This document shows positions 45,087-52,958 of a DNA stretch of 64,000 bases, one piece after another. This DNA is from Candidatus Nealsonbacteria bacterium. GTDB lineage: Bacteria > Patescibacteriota > Minisyncoccia > Minisyncoccales > RBG-13-42-11. A program made the position numbers and the translations under genes. The stretch spans positions 19,805-83,804 of the forward strand of contig JAPLXL010000004.1 in the NCBI GenBank assembly GCA_026396115.1, written 5' to 3'. The notes under the pieces are model-generated. The model had not been told where the DNA came from. It saw only the letters and a list, made by a program, of their open reading frames with translations, and made no database searches. Each line of letters opens with the position of its first letter. Positions within the stretch are counted from its first letter, which is position 1.

Positions 45087-45437
45087 TTATTTTACTAACT
45101 CTATAATAGCCATTTTTGCTCCATTTGATTTTCTCGGCCCCAACTTTACAATCCTAGTATATCCTCCTTTTCTTTCTTTATATCTCGGAGCAATTTCATC
45201 AACTAATTTTTTAACTATTTTTGGAGGGAAAAACCTTGCCAATAATCTTCGGGAATGCAAACTGCCAATCTTGGCTCGAGTTATCTGTTTTTCAACAAAA
45301 CCAGAAAATTCTTTCGCTTTTGCTTCGGTAGTTCTAATTTTTTCTTTCAATAATAAAGCTGCGGCCAAGGACCTCAAAAGAGCTTTCCTCTGATCTTTTT
45401 CCCTACTTAGTTTTCTTCCTTTTTTTCTTTTTCTCAT
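45087..45437 (-). CDS. rplQ: 50S ribosomal protein L17
   Basis: RKLSREKDQRKALLRSLA.., GGYTRIVKLGPR signature. Confidence 0.94.
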   Translation of the reverse strand: MRKRKKGRKLSREKDQRKALLRSLAAALLLKEKIRTTEAKAKEFSGFVEKQITRAKIGSLHSRRLLARFFPPKIVKKLVDEIAPRYKERKGGYTRIVKLGPRKSNGAKMAIIELVK

Positions 45438-46182
45438 GCTTTGTTTTGATTGATGTCTTTTTCTTTTCTCGCACCTTCACTTCTGAAGAAACAATGTCAG
45501 GTTTGAAAGCATCAAGGAGAAGCGAAAAATGCTTAACTAAAATTTCGGAAGCCTGCCAAAGAGCTTGTTCGGGAGCTATAATTCCATCTGTTTCAATCTC
45601 TAAAAATACCCTGTCATAATCTGTTCTTTCGCCAACTCTCATATTTTCAATCCTATAACTCACCCTTTTTACCGGTGTAAAAATGGCGTCAACCGGGATA
45701 GCTCCAATTTCTAATTTTTCCTTTTGCCTGGTTTCGCGAGAAGAATAACCAATCCCCTTTTCAATTTTAATTTCCATTTCTAATTCGGCAGATTTTGAAG
45801 TTAAAGTGGCAAGGTGGCAATTTTTATTCGCCAGCTCTACCTGAGCCGGCAGGATAAAGTCAGAACCCTTTATCTCTTTCTCCCCTTTTACTTTAAGAAC
45901 TGCTTTTTGGGGTTCTGCGGCAAATAATCTAAATCTTAATTGTTTTAGATTTAGCATAATTGTAATTACATCTTCTAAAACTCCGGGCACTGTTGAAAAC
46001 TCATGAGAAACACCTCTAATTTTCATTTGAGTAACGGCAGCTCCTTCTAACGAAGATAATAAAACTCGCCTTAATGAATTTCCTATGGTTACACCGTAAC
46101 CCGGATGCAAGGCTTCTATTTCAAAAATGGCTTTATTGCCTTCTTTTTTAACGATTTTTGGCGGATGGGGTAAATTAATCAT
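45403..46182 (-). CDS. rpoA: RNA polymerase alpha subunit, N-terminal domain only plus Lys-rich tail
   Basis: 259 aa; GNSLRRVLLSSL and VDAIFTPVKRVSY blocks; no C-terminal HhH domain; ends KKKKRKKTK; overlaps rplQ by 35 nt. Confidence 0.9.
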   Translation of the reverse strand: MINLPHPPKIVKKEGNKAIFEIEALHPGYGVTIGNSLRRVLLSSLEGAAVTQMKIRGVSHEFSTVPGVLEDVITIMLNLKQLRFRLFAAEPQKAVLKVKGEKEIKGSDFILPAQVELANKNCHLATLTSKSAELEMEIKIEKGIGYSSRETRQKEKLEIGAIPVDAIFTPVKRVSYRIENMRVGERTDYDRVFLEIETDGIIAPEQALWQASEILVKHFSLLLDAFKPDIVSSEVKVREKKKTSIKTKHEKKKKRKKTK

Positions 46183-46200
46183 AATGGTATAAGAACATTA

Positions 46201-46830
46201 CTACTTTGAATAAAATGCAAAAATTGACGAGAGTTCTGCTGGAGAGGCAGCCTCTTCTAAATTTGGTGAAATTGTGACCTTTCCCTCTAAGTTCTTGATA
46301 TCTAATTCTAGCCAAGATGGAAGATTATGTTTTTTTAAAAGGGTGGGCAATTTTTGAAAGATGGTTTTTTTTGCGGAACCGGGGTTAATACTAATTTTGT
46401 CGCCTTTTTTAACCAAATAACCGGGGATATTAATTGGTTCATTATTTATCATAAAATGGCGATGGGAAACCATTTGACGGGCAGCAGTTCTAGAGGGAGC
46501 AAATCCAAATCTAAAAACTACATTATCTAAACGACTCTCTAATATCTTAATCAAAGCTGCTTCGGCATCCACGACTTTACCTCGCGCTTTTAAGATTTCT
46601 TTTACATATTTCCGCAATTGTCTTTCTTCTAAATTATACCAATTTTTTAATTTCTGCTTTTCTCTTAACTCTTTACCATATTCAGAAAGAGCCCTTGCTC
46701 TTCTTTTTGCTTTGGGACCGGGCGGATAAGGTTTTCTTATCATCGGACATTTCTGCGATAAGCACTTCTCTCCTCGCAAAAAAAGCTTTATTCCTAATCG
46801 ACGACAAATTTTACATTTAGAATCTTTCAT
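46201..46830 (-). CDS. rpsD: 30S ribosomal protein S4
   Basis: Start moved to ATG 46830 (MKDSKCKICRRLG..); Zn-ribbon Cys, S4 domain. Confidence 0.94.
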   Translation of the reverse strand: MKDSKCKICRRLGIKLFLRGEKCLSQKCPMIRKPYPPGPKAKRRARALSEYGKELREKQKLKNWYNLEERQLRKYVKEILKARGKVVDAEAALIKILESRLDNVVFRFGFAPSRTAARQMVSHRHFMINNEPINIPGYLVKKGDKISINPGSAKKTIFQKLPTLLKKHNLPSWLELDIKNLEGKVTISPNLEEAASPAELSSIFAFYSK

Positions 46831-46832
46831 AT

Positions 46833-46888
46833 ACCGAGCTTCCATTTATGGAAGCGAAGGTGAAGAAGAGGACGAAGTCCTCTTCGCC
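46833..46888 (-). repeat. GCPE repeat, full form (rpsK-rpsD spacer)
   Basis: ACCGAGCTTCCatttatGGAAGCGAAGGTGAAGAAGAGGAcgaagTCCTCTTCGCC; CTCGGTATATG junction with rpsD. Confidence 0.93.
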
Positions 46889-46891
46889 AAT

Positions 46892-47341
46892 TTAGAGTCG
46901 TCTTACCTTTGGTGGTCTGCAACCATTGTGAGGGATTGGAGTTGTGTCTTTAATTGAAACGATTTCCAGTCCCCTGGTAGCTAATGATCTAATCGCCGAT
47001 TCTCTTCCTGAGCCAATTCCTTTCACCAAGACCTCTATTTTCTCAATTCCAATCTTATGGACAATCTGAGTAATGGCTTCAGCCACCCTGGAAGCGGCAA
47101 ATGGCGTTGCTTTTTTTGCTCCTTTAAAACCAATGCTTCCGGCGCTTACCCAACCCAAAACATTTCCTTCTAGATCGGTTAAAGTAATAATGGTGTTATT
47201 ATACGAAGAAAAAATATAAACTCTCCCCTTTTTAATTTTTTTTAGAGTTTCTTTGACCTCTTTTTTTACTTTCGCTTCTACTTTTTCTCTTTCTTTTAAT
47301 AATTCCTCTTCGCTTTGTTTAATGATACGTTTCTTTCCCAT
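46892..47341 (-). CDS. rpsK: 30S ribosomal protein S11
   Basis: [41 protein letters not shown]. Confidence 0.95.
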   Translation of the reverse strand: MGKKRIIKQSEEELLKEREKVEAKVKKEVKETLKKIKKGRVYIFSSYNNTIITLTDLEGNVLGWVSAGSIGFKGAKKATPFAASRVAEAITQIVHKIGIEKIEVLVKGIGSGRESAIRSLATRGLEIVSIKDTTPIPHNGCRPPKVRRL

Positions 47342-47351
47342 AGTGGTAATA

Positions 47352-47741
47352 TTATGTTGGGGTGGCGGCCAGCTTTCTTCCCGACCCTACGGTTTTTCTT
47401 ACATTTCCCCTTACGGTCCTGGTGTTAGTTCTTGTTCTTTGCCCTCTGGCTGGCAATCCTTTTATATGACGAATCCCCCTCCAAGTTCCTACATCTTTCA
47501 ATCTTTTGATATTCGTCATTATTTCTCTCCTAAGTTCACCTTCTACTTTATAGTCTTTTTCAATAATGTCTTTAAGTTTGGCAACTTCTTGAGAAGTTAA
47601 TTCCGATGCTTTTTTTGTCGGTTCAATTCCAGCTGTTATTAAAATTTTTCTAGTCAAAGAACGACCTATTCCATAAATATAAGTTAAAGCAATTTCTATT
47701 TGTTTATTTTCTGGTATGTTAACACCTGCTATACGTGGCAT
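47352..47741 (-). CDS. rpsM: 30S ribosomal protein S13
   Basis: [26 protein letters not shown].. Confidence 0.95.
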   Translation of the reverse strand: MPRIAGVNIPENKQIEIALTYIYGIGRSLTRKILITAGIEPTKKASELTSQEVAKLKDIIEKDYKVEGELRREIMTNIKRLKDVGTWRGIRHIKGLPARGQRTRTNTRTVRGNVRKTVGSGRKLAATPT

Positions 47742-47744
47742 AAT

Positions 47745-47861
47745 TTATCCTTGTCTTTGTTTATGTTTTGGGTTTTTTTTGCAAATAACATAAATTCGTC
47801 CCCTTCTGCGGACGATTTTACAATTTTTACAAATTTTCTTTATCGATGACCTAACTTTCAT
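47745..47861 (-). CDS. rpmJ: 50S ribosomal protein L36
   Basis: Not in ORF track (38 aa); hand translation [38 protein letters not shown]. Confidence 0.92.
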   Translation of the reverse strand: MKVRSSIKKICKNCKIVRRRGRIYVICKKNPKHKQRQG

Positions 47862-47863
47862 AT

Positions 47864-47920
47864 ACCGAGCTTTCGCGCAGCGAAAGCGAAGGTGAAGAAG
47901 AAAACGAAGTTTTCTTCGCC
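47864..47920 (-). repeat. GCPE repeat, full form (infA-rpmJ spacer)
   Basis: ACCGAGCTTTCGCgcaGCGAAAGCGAAGGTGAAGAAGAAAACgaaGTTTTCTTCGCC; CTCGGTATATG junction with rpmJ; extra half-site ATCGAGCTTT at 47922-47931. Confidence 0.93.
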
Positions 47921-47941
47921 TATCGAGCTTTATTTCTTTGA

Positions 47942-48157
47942 CTATTTTCCGCGGTATACTATTCTTCCTCTTTTTTCATCATAGGGACTTAATTCTACGC
48001 TAACATTGTCTCCGGGTAAAATTTTAATTCGGAACATTCTTAATTTTCCTGCTAAATAACAGAGAATTTCTCCTCCCTGATCTAACTTCACCTTAAAATG
48101 CGTACTGGGTAAAGCTTCTATAACAGTTCCGGTTTTTCTTAAATTTTTTTTATCCAT
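47942..48157 (-). CDS. infA: Translation initiation factor IF-1
   Basis: 71 aa S1-like OB fold; [31 protein letters not shown]. Confidence 0.94.
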   Translation of the reverse strand: MDKKNLRKTGTVIEALPSTHFKVKLDQGGEILCYLAGKLRMFRIKILPGDNVSVELSPYDEKRGRIVYRGK

Positions 48158-48161
48158 TAAT

Positions 48162-48359
48162 TACCAAACTTCCATTACCGAGCTTCCGAAGGAAGTGAAG
48201 GTGAGAAAGAGTGCGAAGAAAGTAAGATTTCTTCTTCCCCCTTCGCTGTCGCTCGGGAGTGCGAAGAAAAGTTTTTCTTCTTTCGTTTCGTCTTTGACTC
48301 GACGAATGAAATTCTCTTTCGACTATGGAAGTGAAGTCGAAGAAGATTCCTTCTTCGAC
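48162..48359 (-). repeat. GCPE long form carrying a nested short-form copy, plus flanking partial copies
   Basis: ACCGAGCTTCCgaaGGAAGTGAAGGTGAGAAAG[AGTGCGAAGAAA]gtaagatTTCTTCTTCCCCCTTCGCTGTCGCTCGGG[AGTGCGAAGAAA]AGTTTTTCTTCTTTCGTTTCGTCTTTGACTCGACG..; bracketed 12-mers at 48210-48221 and 48258-48269. Confidence 0.85.
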
Positions 48360-48403
48360 CAGACAATTTCTTAGTTTATCAAAATTTATTAAATTAGTCA
48401 ATC

Positions 48404-48460
48404 ACCGAACCCCGCCCACAGCGGGGCGAAGGTTAAGAAGAGAACAAAGTTCTCTTCGCC
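48404..48460 (-). repeat. GCPE repeat, full form
   Basis: ACCGAACCCCGCccacaGCGGGGCGAAGGTTAAGAAGAGAACaaaGTTCTCTTCGCC. Confidence 0.88.
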
Positions 48461-48461
48461 T

Positions 48462-48483
48462 ACCGAGTCCCGCGTAGCTGGAC
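48462..48483 (-). repeat. GCPE half copy (tail+SL2)
   Basis: ACCGAGTCCCGCGTAGCTGGAC. Confidence 0.55.
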
Positions 48484-48487
48484 AAGA

Positions 48488-49783
48488 TCAAAAAACTAAA
48501 TTAATTTTAATTTTATTTAAATCTTCCGGTACTTTTCTTACCCAAAACGGCCAAGGGGAAACTGTGACTTTGGTAATTTTGGGTTGATTCTCTAAAAATA
48601 ACTTAGTTTCAAGCAATGACTTCCCCGAAAGAGCATTTTTAAAATTATAAACATCGACTTCTGAATAAATTTTGGCTGAGATACTTAAAGAAAGAATAAT
48701 TTTACCGGAATCCAAATCAACGCTCTCGGGAAAGTAATCTATTTTTAAACTTTCTTCATAAATCTTTTCTCCTTGGGGAATTTGATAAATAATTGATTCT
48801 TTGGCAAAACTCTTAAGATATTCTTTTTGAAATAGCAAAGTTTCGCATTTTGCCTTAACTTGAAATTTAAATTCTTTTGTTTCTTCTTCCGGAACAGCCA
48901 AAGAAAATTTTTCAACAATTTCGCTCCGAAATTCCTCTAAAAAATAATTAAATTTTGAAGAAATTTCCTCTGATTGCAGCTCATTCTTTAACAATTCTTC
49001 GCATTCTTTTTTGGCTTGTTTTGTTAAAGAATCTTCGGCCAGAGCCAGGTCTTCTTTTGTTACTTTAGAAACTTCCTCTTGAAAACCGCCCGCCATTGGT
49101 TGAAAAGATTTGCCATAAAATTTAGTATATCTGTCGGTGCCGGCAAACCCGGGAATAGAAAAAGTTGTGGGGCCAATATTATACTCGGGTCCCGGCTGGT
49201 CTGCTATTACTTTAATATCTATTTCTCCGGGAACAAGCTTTCCTTTTTCATAACTGCCACCGGGAATAGTAACTTTAACCGAAGTTCGAAACACTTTTCC
49301 ATCAGACGAAACAAAACGAGTGGCGGCAATCAAAACCTGAGGAGAGATAGAATAATTATTATAGACACTTATGATGCCTTCTGCTTTTTCTTCTTTCAAA
49401 ATCTTACCGGAAGATTGGAAAATTTCAGCCAGAGTTCTTTCTTTTTGAAAAATTTCTGCAGGGATAATTTTTGCCGGAATATTGGGTTCTTTTGTTTCTT
49501 TATCAACGGTCAACTTTGTTTCTAAATTTAAAGTTTCGGTTTCCGGCCAAATTTCTATCTCAACTTTTGGTAAAGCAAAATAACAAAACGCTCCTAATAA
49601 AATTAAAAAAAATAAAGAAAAAATTAAGCCTTTTTTAAGGGGTGAAGTTGGAACTTGGGTTGAGAAAGTTTTAAGACTTGAGGAAGATTCTTTTTCTATC
49701 TTAATTTCTTTTTCTATCTTAATTTCTTTTTCTTTTTCTGTTTTTTTTGGGGGAAAAATATCTGTTACTTTTTTGATTGCCAT
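48488..49783 (-). CDS. Hypothetical membrane-anchored extracytoplasmic protein
   Basis: 431 aa; Lys/Glu-rich N-terminus with tandem EKEIKI repeat, one TM helix (LIFSLFFLILLGAFCYFAL), large beta-rich ectodomain; no family recognised. Confidence 0.6.
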   Translation of the reverse strand: MAIKKVTDIFPPKKTEKEKEIKIEKEIKIEKESSSSLKTFSTQVPTSPLKKGLIFSLFFLILLGAFCYFALPKVEIEIWPETETLNLETKLTVDKETKEPNIPAKIIPAEIFQKERTLAEIFQSSGKILKEEKAEGIISVYNNYSISPQVLIAATRFVSSDGKVFRTSVKVTIPGGSYEKGKLVPGEIDIKVIADQPGPEYNIGPTTFSIPGFAGTDRYTKFYGKSFQPMAGGFQEEVSKVTKEDLALAEDSLTKQAKKECEELLKNELQSEEISSKFNYFLEEFRSEIVEKFSLAVPEEETKEFKFQVKAKCETLLFQKEYLKSFAKESIIYQIPQGEKIYEESLKIDYFPESVDLDSGKIILSLSISAKIYSEVDVYNFKNALSGKSLLETKLFLENQPKITKVTVSPWPFWVRKVPEDLNKIKINLVF

Positions 49784-49840
49784 AATATAATTTTATCAAA
49801 AATTTATTTATTGTAAAGTTGCTCGGATTCTTCTAATTCT

Positions 49841-49872
49841 TAAGCGACAGCGAAGAGGTAAGAAGAATTCGG
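49841..49872 (-). repeat. Degenerate GCPE-like fragment
   Basis: AAGCGACAGCGAAGAGGTAAGAAGAATTCGGG (compare GAGCGACAGCGAAGGGGGAAGAAGAGG at 20941). Confidence 0.35.
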
Positions 49873-49879
49873 GTTATTT

Positions 49880-51628
49880 TTATTCTAAAATAGCCTGAAT
49901 TCTTCGCACTCCGGCACCAGAACTTTCTTCTTTTATAATTTTAAATAAGCCCAATTCTGAAGTTCTTTTAATGTGGGGACCGGCACAAATTTCTTTCGAG
50001 AAGTCTTCGATTAAAAAAACTGTTACGATTTCGGGATATTTTTCTTTAAAAACCGAGTTTCCGCGAAAAGGAAACGAAGGTGAAAAAGAGGATTTATCCT
50101 CTTTGCCCAAAGCTAAAGCCCCGCTTTTTATTGCAGCCTTATAATTCATCTCTTCTTTTTTTACCTCCAAATCTTCTTTGATTTTCTGATTAACAAGACT
50201 TTGAACTTTTTTAATTTCATTTTCTGTCATCTTTTGATGATGAGAAAAATCAAATCTTAATCTTTGAGAAGTAATATCTGAACCCATTTGTTTAACATGC
50301 TCCCCTAAGATTTTTCTTAAGGCAGCCTGAAGCAAATGAGTGGCGGTATGAAGTTTTGTTGTCTCATAAGTCACTTCCTTTCCTACTCCGCCAAATTTAC
50401 TTTCTACCCCGGCTCTGGAAATCTCTTGATGTTTTTTAAAAGCCTCTTCAAATCCTTTTTGATCAATATTTAAATTTCTTTCTTTAGCAAGTTCAATTGT
50501 TAGTTCTAAAGGGAAACCATAGGTATCATACAGATGAAAAGCATCAACCCCAGAAATATTCCCTTTTTTGGAAATGTTCTCAAACTGCTTTAATCCTTCA
50601 TGGAGAGTTCTTTCAAATTTTTCTTCCTCTTGTTGAATTACGGTTAGAATCTCTTCTTCTTTTGATTTAATTTCCGGATAAACATTTTTGTAGATTTCAA
50701 TTACTTTTTGAGCCAGAAGAATTAAGAAATTAGCAGGTAAATTAAGCAATTTGCCGTATCTGATTGCTCTCCTTAGAATTCTTCTCAGAACGTATCCCTT
50801 CTCAACATTGGAAGGCAAAATCCCATCCGAAATCAAAAAAACTGCACTCTTCACATGATCAGCAATAATCCTTCCCCCTTTTAAATTTGCAGGGGTCCGA
50901 CCCGTGTATTTTTGAAGCTCGCCGATAATTGACTCGAATAAATCGGTCTCAAAGACGCTGGATTTATTTTGAACAATCATTGCTAATCTCTCTAATCCCA
51001 TGCCAGTGTCAACGCCCTTTTGTACCAATGGAGTAAGTTGCTTATTTTTATCTTGATAATATTCATTAAAAACCAGATTCCAAACTTCGATGCCCTTAAT
51101 ATGAATTTCGGTTGTTGGGCCGCAGGGGCCTTCTTGACCGGTCGGACCCCAAAAATTATCTGCTCTTCCGCATTTTTTTATTTTATTTTTATGAACTCCT
51201 AATTCTTTCCAAATTTCAACCGATTCTTCGTCTTCCGGCACATCTTTATCACCCTCAAAAACTGTAAAAATTGTTTCCTTCAGGGGCAATTTTAATTCTT
51301 TAAAAATAAACTCGTAAGCCCAACTTATCGCTTCCTTTTTGAAATATCCCCCAAAAGAAAAATTACCCAACATTTCAAGAAAAGTTAAATGGCTTTCATC
51401 TCCCACTTCTTCAATATCAGAAGTTCTAAAACATTTCTGGCAAGAACAGACATTCTGACCATAAGGGGATTTTTCTACCAGATAATAAGGCTTAAATTGC
51501 TGCATTCCGGCCGTGGTAAAAAGAACCGAGGGGTCGGTCGGAATAAGCGAGATGGGGGGCACTATTTTATGCCTCTTTTTTTCAAAGAATTTCAAAAATT
51601 GTTCTCTTAATTTTCTCGAGGTCATCAA
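49880..51628 (-). CDS. alaS: Alanine--tRNA ligase, compact form (no C-Ala domain) with repeat insert
   Basis: FTTAGMQQFKP catalytic block, editing-domain HTATHLL and CAGPHI motifs; 582 aa versus about 870 in model bacteria. Confidence 0.9.
   Translation of the reverse strand: MMTSRKLREQFLKFFEKKRHKIVPPISLIPTDPSVLFTTAGMQQFKPYYLVEKSPYGQNVCSCQKCFRTSDIEEVGDESHLTFLEMLGNFSFGGYFKKEAISWAYEFIFKELKLPLKETIFTVFEGDKDVPEDEESVEIWKELGVHKNKIKKCGRADNFWGPTGQEGPCGPTTEIHIKGIEVWNLVFNEYYQDKNKQLTPLVQKGVDTGMGLERLAMIVQNKSSVFETDLFESIIGELQKYTGRTPANLKGGRIIADHVKSAVFLISDGILPSNVEKGYVLRRILRRAIRYGKLLNLPANFLILLAQKVIEIYKNVYPEIKSKEEEILTVIQQEEEKFERTLHEGLKQFENISKKGNISGVDAFHLYDTYGFPLELTIELAKERNLNIDQKGFEEAFKKHQEISRAGVESKFGGVGKEVTYETTKLHTATHLLQAALRKILGEHVKQMGSDITSQRLRFDFSHHQKMTENEIKKVQSLVNQKIKEDLEVKKEEMNYKAAIKSGALALGKEDKSSFSPSFPFRGNSVFKEKYPEIVTVFLIEDFSKEICAGPHIKRTSELGLFKIIKEESSGAGVRRIQAILE
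50052..50106 (-). repeat. GCPE repeat, full form, in frame in the alaS editing domain
   Basis: ACCGAGTTTCCgcgaaaaGGAAACGAAGGTGAAAAAGAGGAtttaTCCTCTTTGCC, read as GKEDKSSFSPSFPFRGNSV. Confidence 0.88.
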
Positions 51629-51644
51629 AATGCTTTGAAATTTT

Positions 51645-52163
51645 TTAGGAGTATCTATCAGCTACGATTGAAGCAACAAAAGCTTCCGGTTTTATCTTTG
51701 GCTCAAATCCGTTTCCCTTAATTAAACCCGTAACCTCCTTAATCATATCTTTTGTTTGGCCCTTTTCTCCAACGTCAGCGTGAATATAACGGAATTGATA
51801 ATGCAGGCTTTCCTTTCTTAAATCTTTAATTCCCTTTTCAAAATTTTCTTTAAGATATAAAGCCATTTGACAAGAAAGCAAAACTTCTTCTAAAACTCTT
51901 TGTTTCCAATTGAAAAAACGCCTTCCTTTATAGGCAATTCTTTTAAGAAAAAACCTGCCGCCCTCGCCCACCCTTAAAACAACTAAGGCTACCGGAAAAT
52001 GTGGTTCTTCTTCAGAAGACGAATCGCAACCGACAATAATATCATAAAATTTCTCCGGTTTTTCAGAGATATAATTGATTAGTTCTTCAATCACCCCATC
52101 AATCTTCAGGTTTCCTTTTGTCGGGTTAAAAAAATAACCGTTCAATATTTTCTCCATAATCAA
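51645..52163 (-). CDS. DUF458/YkuK-like (RNase H-fold) protein
   Basis: IVGCDSS.., VALVVLRVGEGGRFF, IHADVGEKGQT, ASIVADRYS blocks as recalled for the YkuK family. Confidence 0.55.
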   Translation of the reverse strand: MIMEKILNGYFFNPTKGNLKIDGVIEELINYISEKPEKFYDIIVGCDSSSEEEPHFPVALVVLRVGEGGRFFLKRIAYKGRRFFNWKQRVLEEVLLSCQMALYLKENFEKGIKDLRKESLHYQFRYIHADVGEKGQTKDMIKEVTGLIKGNGFEPKIKPEAFVASIVADRYS

Positions 52164-52181
52164 ATTATTTTATCAGATATT

Positions 52182-52934
52182 TCAGTTTAAATCAATATCT
52201 TTTACTATTTTAATAAACTCCTTCGCGTTTAAAGATATACCACCGATTAAAAGTCCTTGGAAACCCCCTTTTTTGATGTAATCTCCGGCATTTTGAAAAT
52301 TAACGCTGCCTCCATAAAGGATGGGAATTTTTTTATTTAATACTTCCTTTTTAATTAATATTCTCATTTTATTGGCTTTTTCGACACTACAAGGTTTACC
52401 CGTGCCAACAGCAAAAATGGGCTCATAGGCGATTATCAAATTCGATAATTCTTTTTTGACAAGACCGCTTAAATCTTTTTTAAGGCGAAGAGGGCTTCGG
52501 CCTCTTCTTCCACCTCGTTTCCTTAAGAAGCTCGGTATTTGAGAAATATTATCAATACATAAAATTACTTTTAACCCCGTCTTCAAAGCGGCTTTTAATT
52601 TTTTGTTTATCATTTCATCGGTCTCTTTCTGATATTTTCTTCTTTCGGAATGGCCGATAATTACATATTTTATGCCCGTATTTTTTAACATTAAAGGTGA
52701 AATCTCGCCGGTAAAAGCGCCCTTTTCTTCCCAAAAACAACTTTGCCCTCCAAAGCTTACAACGGAAGATGGCTCCTGACTGACAAGCAAAGAAAGATAA
52801 ACAAATGGCGGACAAATTACCACCTCTGAATTTTTTACATTTTTTATCCCTTTTCTTATTGAATCAAAAAGCTTCTCAGCTTCCCGTAAAGTTATTGGAT
52901 TACATTTCCAATTAGCGACAATTAATAGTTTCAT
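52182..52934 (-). CDS. tpiA: Triosephosphate isomerase with in-frame repeat insertion
   Basis: ANWKCN, IIGHSERR, AYEPIFAVGTG, YGGSV motifs. Confidence 0.93.
   Translation of the reverse strand: MKLLIVANWKCNPITLREAEKLFDSIRKGIKNVKNSEVVICPPFVYLSLLVSQEPSSVVSFGGQSCFWEEKGAFTGEISPLMLKNTGIKYVIIGHSERRKYQKETDEMINKKLKAALKTGLKVILCIDNISQIPSFLRKRGGRRGRSPLRLKKDLSGLVKKELSNLIIAYEPIFAVGTGKPCSVEKANKMRILIKKEVLNKKIPILYGGSVNFQNAGDYIKKGGFQGLLIGGISLNAKEFIKIVKDIDLN
52484..52537 (+). repeat. GCPE repeat, full form, in frame (antisense reading) in tpiA (54 bp)
   Basis: GGCGAAGAGGGCttcGGCCTCTTCTTCCACCTC-GTTTCCTTaaGAAGC-TCGGTA, read on the gene strand as PSFLRKRGGRRGRSPLRL. Confidence 0.9.
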
Positions 52935-52958
52935 TGTTTAGCGAGTTTTAATTTATTA

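Noticed and set aside
46833-46888. Interpreting SL1/SL2 simply as Rho-independent terminators
   Set aside because: Most copies lack a downstream T-run. Many sit between tightly coupled ribosomal-protein genes or inside ORFs, where termination would be lethal. Only the post-5S copy (10912-10934) has a T-run.
48150-48401. ORFs made almost entirely of repeat sequence (48150..48401, 48175..48366, 23265..23549, 35672..35875, 35742..35924, 32925..33197, 32947..33153, 59001..59267, 59005..59211, 40254..40451, 44036..44218, 62463..62705, 37492..37758)
   Set aside because: Their sequence is explained by the element being open in most frames; there is no independent coding signal.
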